DNA of 64,000 bases from Heteronotia binoei (taxonomy: Eukaryota): assembly GCF_032191835.1 (NCBI RefSeq), contig NC_083224.1, positions 127,720,001 to 127,784,000 on the forward strand, in the 5' to 3' direction. The notes below the pieces were generated by a model. The model did not search any database. It saw only the letters and a list, made by a program, of their open reading frames with translations, and was not told the DNA's origin. The translations under genes were made by a program, and so were the position numbers. Shown piece after piece: positions 11,833 through 24,325 of this stretch (the first letter of the stretch is position 1; each line of letters starts with the position of its first letter).

Positions 11833-14081
11833 GAGGAGAGCTAGAAAGATAGAGCATCAGCACTCATGCATAGTCAGCCTCAATGGCCAGCTGTGTGTGA
11901 CTGCAAACCTACTCTAGGTAGGTAGTAGCAGCATGAGTAGTCATTGCTTGCTTTAGCCGGCCCAACCAGCAACGATGGATCATCTTGCTGTGGATATACT
12001 TGGCTCCTGCTGCAGGCTGGCCTTGATTCAGCCCCAACCACCTTCTGTCATGGAATGCCTGCCTGTGGCGACTGAGCAAGGCAATGTAGCCCTTCCCACC
12101 ATCTCCTGTGTTCCCACGGGAAACCCTCAAAGAAGCCTGGAATCCTGTGGCGGGAGAAGAAATATTAACATAAATAATAAATTCTGTGATATAACAGGCC
12201 TTCTGTAGCTGCCTTTATAAAAAAAATTGTGTGATTTTGAAAGACTAATTTATTTTTACATTGCTAATTAATTAATCACCCCATCCTGGCCTATTTGGGG
12301 CTCTGGGCAATAAAACAATACACAAGTTAAAAGATAATATATAACTTAATGAATTAAAACTAGAATTAGTTTTTAATGAACTATACATAAAACATTCAAA
12401 TCCATCACCACTTCTATTTTTTATGTTTTATATAATGATCCAACAAATAACATGAAGTATGAAGCGATTATCTCTAAAATCAATGATAAAAAGGGCAATG
12501 ATAAAGCAAGGCAAATAACAACAAACAAGCAAAAACACAGATCCATGGGTGGCAATGTGGAGAAATATTATCTGTGCCAGTCAACCAGATCATGTGGATT
12601 AAATTACACTGAATAGTACAAGCAACAATTGCCATAGCACAATGACTCTACATATGTTTTACTCTCTGTGACCAGAGCAGAGTCAGCTCCTACTATAGCT
12701 GTGAAGGAAACAAGAGCCTCTTTGGGTGATATGCCTTTAAATGGCATGGATTGATGAGATTTCAGACATACAACTGAAATGCATGCACATTGGATTCTGT
12801 CAAGTTTGGACACTGGAGCACCACATGGACACCCCCCCCCCCCCGCTGTAGGAGACAAGGCAGGGTGGGGATATAAGCAGCATCCCATCGCATTCCTTAT
12901 AACATACAGGAACAACAGCACATTGTTTGAACCAGCCTAATTCAGCTCTCATTCTAGCCAAAGGCTGTGAATTCTGGAGAGATTAGGCCCAATAGAAACA
13001 AATGGATTTTAATAATATTTTTATTTATTTCATCACATCTAGCTGTTAAAGCTGCACACATAATTCAGAAGTAATTTCTGGTTATTTTCTTGGAGCATTC
13101 TTTGTGCTATGTAATCAGGGTCATGATTTTCAACATGTTCAAGTCCTGGATTGGGAAAAACAAAAATTGTAGTTATGTAAAAGACAATATAACATACACA
13201 TAGGACTACCTCTAACTCCAAGTCTGAAAGCAGTAAAGAGACATAAACTGGAGCGTATCATCTATTACTATGATGTATTCAAGTTATGGGAATTTTGGCT
13301 CATAAGACACCTGGGTTTCCATCTTTGCAATATGATACCAGCTTCTCTTCTTTTGTTTCTTGTTGCTATTTGCCTCAATCAGATTTCATTATGGTGTTGA
13401 TTTAGTAAGGTTATGACTAGCAAAAAAGTATTATCAGAAAAATATAGGAAACAGCAATCATATTAAATAAATAACAGTTAATTTAGGGGGCTAAATTTAG
13501 ACCTTTTCCACTTGGATGATTACTGTATCTGTAAGTGAAACAGCCACTGAATTCTCAGTAAATAAGAGCACCATTTTAAGCTGAGGCAGGGAGTAAACAG
13601 ATGTAAAATTCCATCTTTATTTTAACATTTGTATTGCACATTTTCTTCCCAAAGTGGCTTGCAACAATCTAAGTTATTAGCAATTTAAAAATGTAAAAAA
13701 TAACCTACATCACCCCAAAATTATACACCCAACCAGTTACCTATTGCCTACCTCAAATGCCCACTGAATGATCTCCAGATTGCATGCTAAGACTGCTAGC
13801 TCCCCTCCACCAATCAGTTGGTTGGTGTGTGTGTGTGTGGGGGGGGGCTTACCAGCAGGGGAGGCAGGCCTAGACCACTGTCAGTGGAGAACTGATGAAG
13901 TTACTTCCAGTGTGTACTGCAATGATGTCATTGCGTTGCCAGCATCAAGGTGATGTTCTGGTATTTGGGCAAAACTTCTATGATAGAAGCCATTTCTACC
14001 TCAGAGACTCTGCCCAGCACATCACCAAGATGCCAGTGACATGACAGCATCACTTTCTGTGAGCACTGCAAGCGATGTCAC

Positions 14082-15599
14082 CAGGGGTGGAGTTCTAGCA
14101 GGAGCTCTTTTGCATATTAGGTCACACACCCCTGTGTGAGAATAATACCCCTATTTCCAGAACATCATAGTCACCCATTTGGTTGCCAGGGTTCCTGGAG
14201 ACTCAACTCACACACATCTGCCAGGAGAACATGGGTTTTGTCTATCAAACTGGAAGGGACTTATGAGTACTAACAGCCACAACGTTGCAGCAGCTCTCCA
14301 TATCTCTCAAGGAGGGCTAACCAGGAGAACAGATGGTTTCCAGTCACTCCATGCAATCCACATCTCGGCCGTTGTAGCGGAAGAAGGTGCGCCGCCAGGA
14401 ACTTTCCAGGCAAGCGGTTTCCAGCCTCAACCATATAATCCATCTTGGGAGGCTAACACCACCACCAGCTATCTTCTTGCAGTGCCAGACTCCATCACAG
14501 CGAAGCGGGAGGCTCACGTACTCAACAGATGCCACCTGTGCATAAAGCCATCAAGCTTTTCTTAGGCGTGGATCCTGTCAGACTGCCTAAGCCTTTGTCC
14601 AACGGAACTCAAGACAAAGACTAGTGCCAATGAAAGATTGAAAAGGAGGAAGAACATCTTCACCCAGAGCCATGTTTCTTTGTATAGACCGGGTATTACC
14701 TAGGTAGCAATTTGGCTATCTTTTGTCACCTTTTTAGATAAGTTTGATAGACTTTAGTACCTCCCCCAACCCACTTTAATATTTTTTCCCATTCTTTCCC
14801 TTAATGGTCATCCTGGAGCCTCTCCCTTGGCCCATTGTTACCTGGAAGTCCAATCAGGTAACTAAAGTCAAGTCTGCTCATTGGCTAGCTATGAGCATCC
14901 AATCAGGGACCGTCAAAACTGGCTATTGGCTACTGCATAAGTCCAGCCCTTATGGTCACTGCAGGGCCTCCCCTTTTTTCTGATGTCATGTACCAGCTGA
15001 CCACTGTCATTCGCCCCTGTACCTTCCATCCCCTAAGAGCTCAAGGTAGTCCTTATAACCTGTGACCCAGCTCCCCACAGGCGTGCATCTAGCAGTACCA
15101 CAGTTCCGCTGTCTAGATACATCCCCAATTCCTGATCAGTTGAGGGTCCCCTCCCCCTAGTCCTTGTTCGTCGCCATTGGAACCTTCCTTGAAGACTAGA
15201 ATCAGTAATTATTACCCTGTTTGTCCATCCTTGTGTTGTATCTGCATCTCTCTCTACTTTTCTTAGGACTGTATGTATGTTTTATGAGTTATTCATCTTG
15301 TATGTGTGTCTATATTTTTCTATAATAAATTTTAATTGTTTTTACTTAGTGTCCCTGGTAATTTTAAGCAATAATTTCTGGACGTATATCCTGTATACAT
15401 AGATTCAAAGATCCTTTTTAAGCCAGGTGCCCACCTGTCAATTCCCCAACCTTGTTTTGAGGGCATTTTGGCTTACACCTGATATAGCCAATCCTCCAAG
15501 AGCTTACAAAAAAGAGCCTTGTAAGCTCTTGGAGGATTGGCTACATCAGGGATGTGCGGCCTAATATGCAAAGGAGCTTCTGCTAGAATTCCACCCCTG
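14082..15599. mobile_element. Palindromic hAT MITE interrupted by the solo LTR
   Basis: TIRs CAGGGGTGGAGTTCTAGCAGGAGCTC / GAGCTTCTGCTAGAATTCCACCCCTG. Perfect 8-bp TSD GATGTCAC at 14074-14081 and 15600-15607. Confidence 0.85.
14135..15477 (+). mobile_element. Solo LTR (1343 bp), Gypsy/ERV1-type by its 4-bp TSD
   Basis: Starts TGTGAG, ends CTTACA, and is flanked by CCTG at 14131-14134 and 15478-15481. It splits a palindromic MITE exactly. An AATAAA near 15324 suggests + orientation. No internal gag/pol. Confidence 0.75.
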
Positions 15600-16180
15600 G
15601 ATGTCACCATGTTGTTGGCAATGAGGCCTAGGTCATCCTGCCACTCCTGGCAAGTCCCCCCCCCCCAACTGGTTACCAGGAAAAATGTAGCAACCCTATT
15701 GCATACCCTTTTAAAAATCAACAACAAACTCTATCTTTTCACCTCTTCTGGGAGGCCATTTTACAGAGTGTGAGACACAATGGGAAAAGCCTGTAATCAA
15801 GTCAGAGCTGATCTTCCTAGCATGCACAGCAGAATTATATTTCCAGAAATTTCTGGAAGTAAAAGTGTCACATAGGGTTGCCAGACCCAAGGACCCAGTG
15901 GGGGGATCCCCTGGTTTTGGGGCTTCTCTGTGCCATGGACCAGCTGGCCAGCAGAGAAAACCCTGTGACTGCCTCAAGGCCACATCAGCAAGTGTATATG
16001 GAGGAGTCGGGAATCAAACCCAGTTCTCCCAGATAATAGTCCATGCATTTAACCACTACACCAAACTGGCTCTTGTCCCCAATGCAATGATGTCACTTCT
16101 GGGTGACAATATCACACTGGGAACACTGCACCCCCCAAAAAAAAATCCCCCTGCCAAACATAGTTTCTGAGTTGTCTTTA

Positions 16181-17450
16181 CATAAGAAGAGCCATGCTGG
16201 ATCAGACCAAAGAAACATCAAGTTCAGCATTCTGTTCACACAGTGGGCAGTTACCTCTAGGAAGTCCACAAACAGGAAGACTGCAACAGCATTATACTGC
16301 CTGTCCCTCCCAGCAACTCATTTAAAGAGGCATACTACCTCTGGTACTGAAGAGGGTAGATATCCATCATTATTATTAGCCATTCATAGCCCACTAACAC
16401 ATGAATTTGTCCAAACCCCTTTAAAGCCTTCCAAGTTGGCAGCCATGACCATATCCTGTGCCAGCAAGTTTCACAAATTAATTACGTATTTTTCGCTCCA
16501 TAAGACGCACCTGAGCATAAGACGCACCTAGTTTTTAGAGCCGTTTGTGTGAATTTAGAGGCATTTGTGTGAATTTTTTGCAGTATTCGCTCCTTAAGAC
16601 GCACACACTTTTCCCTCCACTTTTTGGGGGGGCAAAAGTGAGTCTTATGGTGCAAAAAATACTGTACATGCTTACATGGAAAAATGCTTCTTTTTGTCTG
16701 TATTGAATCTTCCACTGTCAGCTTCAGTGGATGATCTCAGCTTCTAGTATTTTGGGAGAGGTAAAAAAGTTTTTCTCTGTCCACTTTCTCCATGCCATGC
16801 GTAATTTTATAAATCTCACTTTACTCACTTTTTTTCTAAGCTACTGTTTTAACTGATCCTCATAGGACAGCTGCTCTCATCCATTGATCATGTTGATTGC
16901 TCTTTTCTGCATCTTTTCAGATTTTACAATATTGTTTTCCAAATGTGGTGACCAGACCTGTACACACTATTCCAAGATAGATTTGTATAAGGGCAGCATA
17001 ATAGCAGCAGTTTTATTCTCTATTCTTGTTCTAATTGTGGCCAGCATAGAAGGGTTTTTTTTTCCTACAGCAGTCACACACTGGGAGGACATTTTCTTTT
17101 ACTTCCTCAAGGTCCCTTTCTTGTTCTGTTGCTGCCAGGTCAGATCCCATCAGTGTATATATGAAGTTGGGATTATTTGTGCCAAATAATCCCCATTCCC
17201 CTCCCCCCACCCCCTACACACTCTCCAATTTGAAGACATCCTTTTGGAGCTCTTCAAAATCTGTTTTTGTATTAACCACCCTAAATAACTTGGTGTCATC
17301 TGCAAACCTGACCATCTCACTACCCACCCCTAATTCCAGATAATCTATGAACAAGTTAAAAAGCAATACAGATTCCTGAGGGTCCCCACTGTTCACATCC
17401 CTTCATTGTGAGAACTGACCATTTAGTCCTACTCTTTTTTATTGTGTTTT
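16181..17450 (-). mobile_element. Older CR1 fragment interrupted by a MITE
   Basis: CATAAGAAGAGCCATGCTGGATCAG tail at 16181. ORF 17214..17396 reads LLFNLFIDYLELGVGSEMVRFADDTKLF. Confidence 0.8.
16485..16664. mobile_element. Tc1/mariner (Tc2/pogo-like) MITE
   Basis: TA|CGTATTTTTCGCTCCATAAGAC ... GTCTTATGGTGCAAAAAATACTG|TA, with internal TAAGACGCAC repeats. Confidence 0.75.
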
Positions 17451-18506
17451 TAACCAATTTCCAAACCATTTATGGGCAGCCCCATATAGCGTGCATTACA
17501 GTCTTGGTGTTATTGTAGCATGGATTAGTGTTGCTACCATGGAATATACATTTCTATGTCTAATGTAGTTGTAGAAGTAGAAAATAGCTAGCGTCCACTA
17601 GCACCTTCAAGACTAACCATTTTCTCCAGGGAAGCTGATCCCTTTCATCTGGAGATCAATGTAGTTGTGGAAAGGAACTCTTTATTGCTATACTAACCCA
17701 GTAACAAATGTTCATCTAAATGTACCCCTACGTTCTTAACTGAGCCAGTCAACATAAGATTTGGTCCCTCCCAAACTGGTGGCATCAGTTACAGAGCATC
17801 AGCTTTGCTAATCAAACCATTTTGTCTTATCTGGAATTAGTTTCAGTTTGTTTTCAGTCACTTAACCACAGGTTGAAGGCTTTGGCCTGGGATGGAGATG
17901 AGATTGAGAACCTTAATGTCACAGAGGAATGTTATCTGCTTTTCTAAAATTAATGGTGCTAAGAAATTATTGTAGGCATAGTTCCAAATTAATGGGAAAA
18001 AATCACATTAGCTTGCTGGCTTTGAAGAAAACATCTCAAAACCAGTTGAAATCCAGAACTTTGTTGCCAGCCAATTGTCAGCTGTTTGTTGCCAGCTAGT
18101 TTTTGGCATTATTGATTTTTCTGTACCACAGCATCGGAAGGTGCGTCATTGAAACTTCTGGTATTGCAGATAGCTTTCAATGAAACTTCATTCAGCTTTG
18201 CTATTTACTAAGGGTGTTTATTGTGGTCTTTGTTCTATGAGAACACTAGGATTAAAGAAAGTTTTTGCCTGAGGGTAACTCCATACAATGGAGTGGATTG
18301 GACTTATTCAGTGGTTGTTTATTGTTTTTTCCTTGAAGTGATCTGCGGAAAACAATGCAATGTTTGATATAATTTTGCACTTTATAGATATAATATAAAT
18401 TTGAACTAAAACCCATAAAGTGAATATATTTATTATATTTCATTTAATTATTTCCACAGTTGCATTTTTTGTAATTCATTGCATTTATACCATGGTCCTT
18501 ATTAGC

Positions 18507-19096
18507 TAGGGTTGCCAGGTCCAATTCAGAAAATATCTGGGGACTTCAGGGGTGAACCCAGGAGACTTTCCCATTCCCTAAAATAAATAAATAAAAATAC
18601 AGCAGTGCAGTTCCCCTGAATACAGTCATCATTTTCTTGTCCCCCAGCAGCTAAACTTCCACTAAATGAAAGTGAACACACACTCTCTCACAAAGCAGCC
18701 AAAATAAACACAGTTAGCAAGCACACACTTTTGTGATCTCACTGGGGCAATTTACTCATGTTGCTGAATATAACCATCTGCTGTATTTCAACCAACTTCT
18801 TCAGACTAATAGGAAAATGGAAGCACAGCCTAGGGGGTGAAGTTTTCCTCCAAACAGAGGGACTGAGAGCAACATGGCTTTCTCTGCTTGCCCTGCACCA
18901 CTACAGCTTTCCTCTTGACGATATTTGAATGTGAACACACATTCAGAAACACAAATAGTTGCAATCCTCTTCTAAACCTGCTGAGGTTTGAAGGCACATG
19001 TGGCTGTTGGTGCAGAGCTTTCCCCCCCACTGGTGGTGGGGAGGAGCCTGAGAAACTGGGGGATCCCCCGCCTGGATCTGGGGACTGGCAAGCGCA
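18507..19096. mobile_element. hAT MITE
   Basis: TAGGGTTGCCA start. TSD TTATTAGC/CTATTAGC. Interior resembles the copy at 92-676. Confidence 0.75.
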
Positions 19097-19673
19097 CTAT
19101 TAGCACATAGTTTCCTCTAGAGTAGGGGAACTGATTGGTCTAGAAATCAGTTGTAATTTCAGGAAATCTCAAGGCACCACCTGGAGGTTGGCAACCTTAA
19201 GTCAGAACCAATGCTTTAGGTACCCTACAAGATAAGTCTAATAGCTACTTCAACGTTGTTAATAATCACCTTTCTATTGCAACTACTCAATATATCCCAC
19301 ATCATTCTCAATTGTTCCTTGACCCTCAAGCAGCTTTAAGAGATGCCTCTAGAACAAGGGCTACACAATAAAAGGAAATAAGGAAAGATCTATTTTGCAA
19401 GCAGAGGTAACCGAGAGCTAAACTCATGGCTGGCTCAAAATATCGTAGGTGAAGTATAATTTTCTGAAGTACAGTGAAGCACAGTGAAGCTTAGGTGAAG
19501 TACAATTTTCTGGCCTTCCCCACTTCCATGAGTGCTGTCACATTGTGAAAACTGTAACATTTGTTAAGATGATAGATGCTGTAGATCAGAATACAACCCA
19601 GGCTTAAACTGTGCCACCAACCAGAAAACAGACAATAACCTTGTTATAGACCAGATAAAGTTAGTCAAGGCAC

Positions 19674-19883
19674 TAGGCTTGTCAGCTCTGGACTGGGAAA
19701 TATCTGGAGATGCTGGGGGTGAAGCCTGGGAAGGGGAGGGTTTGGGGAGGGCCCTTACCAGGGTATAATGCCATTGAGTCCACACTCCAAAACAGCCATT
19801 TTCTCCAGGGAAACTGACCTTTGTCATCTGGAGACTGTAATAATGTGAGATCTCCAAGCCCCATCTGATGGCTGGCAACCCTA
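19674..19883. mobile_element. hAT MITE (short subfamily)
   Basis: TAGGCTTGTCA ... TGGCAACCCTA. Perfect TSD CAAGGCAC. Confidence 0.8.
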
Positions 19884-20974
19884 CAAGGCACATTCTGCCA
19901 GTCAACAGAAGTGGGGATAGAGAGAATGCTTGATAGGAATTCCTCACTTAAATTGTTTTAGGAGAAAGGAAAGGGAAATCTGGCTCTGGGAGGAGAGAAG
20001 AGCACTTTTAATTTTGGAGGGGGGGGGACTTGGGGAAGTGAAAAGTAATGATCAGGTGCCGTCCAGACTAGTTTATAGAGCAATCTCCCCTCTCCCCCTG
20101 TTTTTGGCACATTAAGTGGAGTGACAACTTTCTGCACATTTACCATGTCATATAATTTCCCCATTCTACTTTCAGTCAACACAAATGTAACAGAAAATAA
20201 ATCAACTGAGATAATTGTTTTTCCCCCTTCTTCAATACGGCCAGAAGCAATTTCTTCCTCTGTGCTTTATAGTTTAGAAAAATTATGTAAACCTCAAATC
20301 TACTGTTGCATACTGACAAGAAAACTCAGCATTAATTAATTTTTTAATTTTTGAAATGGATCAAGCATCAGCTGAGTATATCTAAATGATGTGAAAGAGA
20401 CTAGAAGCAAAATGGAAACATTTCTCTCTGGCTATAATCACGTAAAACATCAGCACAAAGTAGCAAACATATAATTTGATTAATTTCTTTACTTTTTACA
20501 CATGGGTAGGTCCCATTGCATTGCAGGCTTCAGGCACAATTCAGCAACTTCGAAGGACTGCTCATAATATATGTATGGGAGACCACCTAGGATTTCTATG
20601 CAAAGGAAGGCAATGGCAAACCATCCCTGTTAGTCTCTTGTGTTGAAAACTCTATGACAGAGGTGTTGAACTCATTTGTTATGAGGGGCGGATTTGATAT
20701 AAATGTTGTTTTGTCATTTTGGGTCATGTGTGCCACAAGATGTAACACAAGGTACCAGAGAAATAAACTTTATACAGATGATTTCAGATGCTGGATGACA
20801 ACAGCAGGTGTGATTGGATTAGGTGTGATATGCAGAGGGATAGCAGGTGTGGAAATATTAGCATTGGTAATGAGACCTAGGTCTTAGTTTAGTATAGGAT
20901 TCAGTCCAGGAGGATGCAAAGAATAAATGGAAATAAGCCTGAACAAGTGAGCAGTGACTCACAAAAGGACATAC

Positions 20975-21900
20975 CCTACCACAAATGTTGTTAGTCTTTA
21001 AGGTGCTGCTGGACTCTTATTCTTTCTACTGTTATTAGAAACCACAATATTCAAAAATGAGTGGGGGAGACACTTTAACCTTCCAGGACATTCAGTTGCT
21101 GACGTAAGAGGAGCAGTTCTCTTACAAAGGAATTTCAAAGAGAAATTAGAGAGACTGCTGAATTGCAACTGTTCACGAAACTCAAGACAATGCATTCTCC
21201 TGGACTGAACTGAAACCTAGCTTTCTTCTCTCATTACCAATGCCCTCTATTGTAATTTGGCATCTGAAATTCCTTCAGTCTCCAAGATATAAGGACAGAT
21301 GGACTCACATTCTAGCTGTATCTGAAGCAGTGACTCATGGAAGCTCATGCCCTGCTGCAAATTTTGTTAGACATTAGGTGGCTACTGGACTCTTGCTCCC
21401 TTCCACTAATAAAGAATGCAAATTGTGCTCTTAACTTTCTTTTCCACCCCCATCTGTTGGAACTGCAAAGGGGGATCTCTCCAAGTGCCATGGGACTCCT
21501 CTCTCTCTCTACAGTGTGCTTTCTCTGGCTTTCTTTCCCTCCCCCCTCTCTCTGAAGACCTGTGTAGGCACAAAAAAGCTTATACAATGCTGTTGCTTGT
21601 TTCTTAAAAGTGCTACAGGACTTGCTCTCTCTGGCTCTTTGTTTCCCTCGCCGCTCCCTTGCTCAAGAAGTGTGCACACCCACAAAAGCTTATACTTGGA
21701 ATAAAATGATGGTCTTCTTCAGGGGTTTTTTTTTTAGCAGGAATGCATAAGAACGCAGTTCCAGCTGGCTTGGTGTCAGGGGGTGTGGCCTAATATGCAA
21801 ATGAGTTCCTGCTGGGCTTTTTCATTTAAAAAATCCCCGGTCTTCTTAAAAGTGCTGTAGGACTCTCTTATTCTCCCTCTCTCTGGCTCTTTTCATCCCC
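20975..21900. repeat. Cluster of short Penelope-like terminal repeat fragments
   Basis: The motif TTAGTCTTTAAGGTGCTGCTGGACTC and variants recur at about 20990, 21365, 21600 and 21845, and in reverse at 17595. Confidence 0.45.
21720..21839. mobile_element. Short hAT MITE (CAGGG-type TIR)
   Basis: Perfect TSD GTCTTCTT at 21712-21719 and 21840-21847. Shares the GGCCTAATATGCAAA motif with the 14082 element. Confidence 0.8.
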
Positions 21901-22437
21901 ATACAGTCATATCAGACAGATTATATCAAAAATATAGCATAAAAACATAGATCATAACAGTAGAGCACAGAGAGCTTAAAACCGTTTCCAGGCTAAAGTA
22001 GTTTTAAGAAATTAGGATCAGATCTCACAAGTGTGCACAGAAATTTAGGGGAAAAAATTGGGTCACAATGTCATCATAATACTGATACTAGACCAATACA
22101 TTTATCAAACCCCCTGTATGCTATAAATTGGGTTTTAAATGAAGTTATTAAATGTTACCAAGTTCTGCTTTTCAGGGAATTTGTTAACGATTTGAGTTTA
22201 TACAGTATATATTTATTATTTATTGAAACCACATGATTTGCTATGGCTTTTTGCTAATAAAGTAAAATTCATAATGATGATAATGATGGTCACAGTGTCC
22301 ATCACTTTATACCTCATTTCTTATATTATTGGCCACTCTCCATGTTTGGAGAGATATTTATAGAACTTTTTACAATCCACTTTGCCTTTCACCATCCTGA
22401 AGAGTTTGGTGTTGTCTACAAATCTGGCATTACCAAC

Positions 22438-22521
22438 TATAAGAACATAAGAACATAAGAGAAGCCATGTTAGATCAGGCCAATGGCCCATCCAGTCCAA
22501 CATTCTGTGTCACACAGCGGC

Positions 22522-22596
<75 letters not shown>

Positions 22597-22672
22597 TGTG
22601 GCTAATAGCCACTGATGGACCTCTGCTCCATATTTTTATCTAACCCCTTCTTGAAGGTGGCTATGCTTGTGG
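22438..22672 (-). mobile_element. CR1 3' end containing an expanded microsatellite
   Basis: (CATAAGAA)n tail and CR1 UTR, with about (AT)27(AC)9 at 22525-22596. Confidence 0.85.
22525..22596. repeat. Compound microsatellite (AT)n(AC)n
   Basis: Read directly: about 27 AT units followed by about 9 AC units. Confidence 0.95.
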
Positions 22673-22679
22673 ACTATGA

Positions 22680-23700
22680 ACCAGTATCCAGCAGTATCCC
22701 AAACCTATTCCTTCAGGAAGACTGCAACCCTATCCAGGATGGGCTGACTCCTCAGTCCTTGAGCAGCTCCTCATTTAGCACCAGCACCTCAATCTTGTCT
22801 AGTTTCAGCTTCAGTTTATTGGTTCTCATCCATCCCATTGCCTTCTCTGTGCACCTGTTCAGGACTTCCATAGACTTACCTGGTTTAGCTGTTAAGGTGA
22901 AATAGAGTGGATGTCATCTGCATACTGGTGGCACCTCACTCAAAATCCCTGGATGATCTCTTCCAGCAGTTTCATGTAGATGCTAAAAATCATGGGGGAC
23001 ATCCTGTGGGACCACACAGCACAGATCCCATAATGCCAAGCAGCAGTTCCTCAGCACTATCTTCTGCAATTGGCCAATCAAGTTAAAAGTGGAAGCACCA
23101 CTTTTAATAATAGAATTTTAGAAGAAAAAAAAGGGAAGCACCAAAGCACAGTATCCACACTCTCAACTCATCCATCCTCTCCAGAAGGTCAACAACAATG
23201 AACACCACAGACAGGTCCAGGCAAATCAACAGGGACACATTCCCCCTCTCACTCTTCTGGTGAAAACCATCTGTCAGGGCAACCAAAGCCATTTCCATAT
23301 TAAACCCAGCCCTGAACCCAGACTGAAATGGGTCTAGATAATCCATATCCAAGACCACCTGATGCTGTGTGGCCACCAACTGCTCCAGCACCTTGCTCCA
23401 AAATGGAATGTTGGCCACTAGCTGGTTTTCAGATCAGTGAGGCCTCTGATGCCTCCTTCAGGAAGGTTGCATGGCCACCTCTTTCAAGTTGGTCAGAACT
23501 ACACCCTCCCACATGCTTTGTCACCTCTGAGACACAGTCAACCAGCCCAGCTCAAACCCAACAGCCATGAAGGGCAAGGGTCAAGTCTACACATGGTGGG
23601 CCACCCACTACTGAGCAGCCTGTCCACTTCATCAGGCCTCACCAACTGAAATCATCCATACAACTGCAGCTGGACTGCAGTCTAAGGACATACCAAGGAC
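22680..23700 (-). mobile_element. Degenerate L2-like LINE RT fragment
   Basis: ORF 23104..23418 reads NIPFWSKVLEQLVA...LDPFQSGFRAGFNMEMALVAL...LLICLDLS, a typical L2 RT segment. Confidence 0.75.
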
Positions 23701-24107
23701 AGCAACAAATGTGAAATCTAAGTCGTGTGAGTGATTTTATCTTCAAAATGCATAGCAAAAATATCACAGTGGACCTGTAGGTCTTATGGTTCTACATTTC
23801 CAGGAGCTTGGGATAAGAGCTCCAACCCAATAAGAGCTCCTTCATAAATTTGAAAAGTTTTTCTGGATAGCATTGCATGCATGGAGAAGTAAACTTGCTT
23901 TGCTGCCATCATTGCCTTAGAGCAGGCATGATAATGTGCTCTCAATCGTGCTTGGTCTCATTGAGTTTTCTTCCACATGAGCTTTAACCATCTATGCAAC
24001 TGTGTCATTGCTCCAAGCTTCTCACTGTACTAAGGTGTGTCCCCAGCTCTGCAGGAGGGCACTCCAGATCAACCATGTCATAGCCCAGGTCATCACCATA
24101 TTCCACA

Positions 24108-24325
24108 GATCATAAGAACATAAGAGAAGCTATGTTGGATCAGGTCAATGGCCCATCAAGTCCAACACTCTGTGTCACAAAATGGCCAAAAAACCCAAGT
24201 GCCATCAGGAGGTCCACCAGTGGGGCCAAGACACTAGAAGCCTTCTCACTATGCCCCCCAGCACCAAGAATTCAGAGAGTTCCAACAAAACAGAGTACCA
24301 ATACCAGACAGAGAGTTCAAGCAAT
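24108..24325 (-). mobile_element. CR1 LINE 3' end (part left of the RTE insertion)
   Basis: CATAAGAACATAAGAGAAGCTATGTTGGATCAGG tail and UTR, matching the copies at 22438, 40978 and 50671. Confidence 0.85.

Larger units (their letters stand above)
13788..15698. mobile_element. Older TAGGGTTGCCA-type hAT MITE, outermost layer of the nest
   Basis: Degenerate left TIR TAAGACTGCTA and right TIR TAGCAACCCTA. TSD TTGCATGC/TTGCATAC (7/8). Confidence 0.6.
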
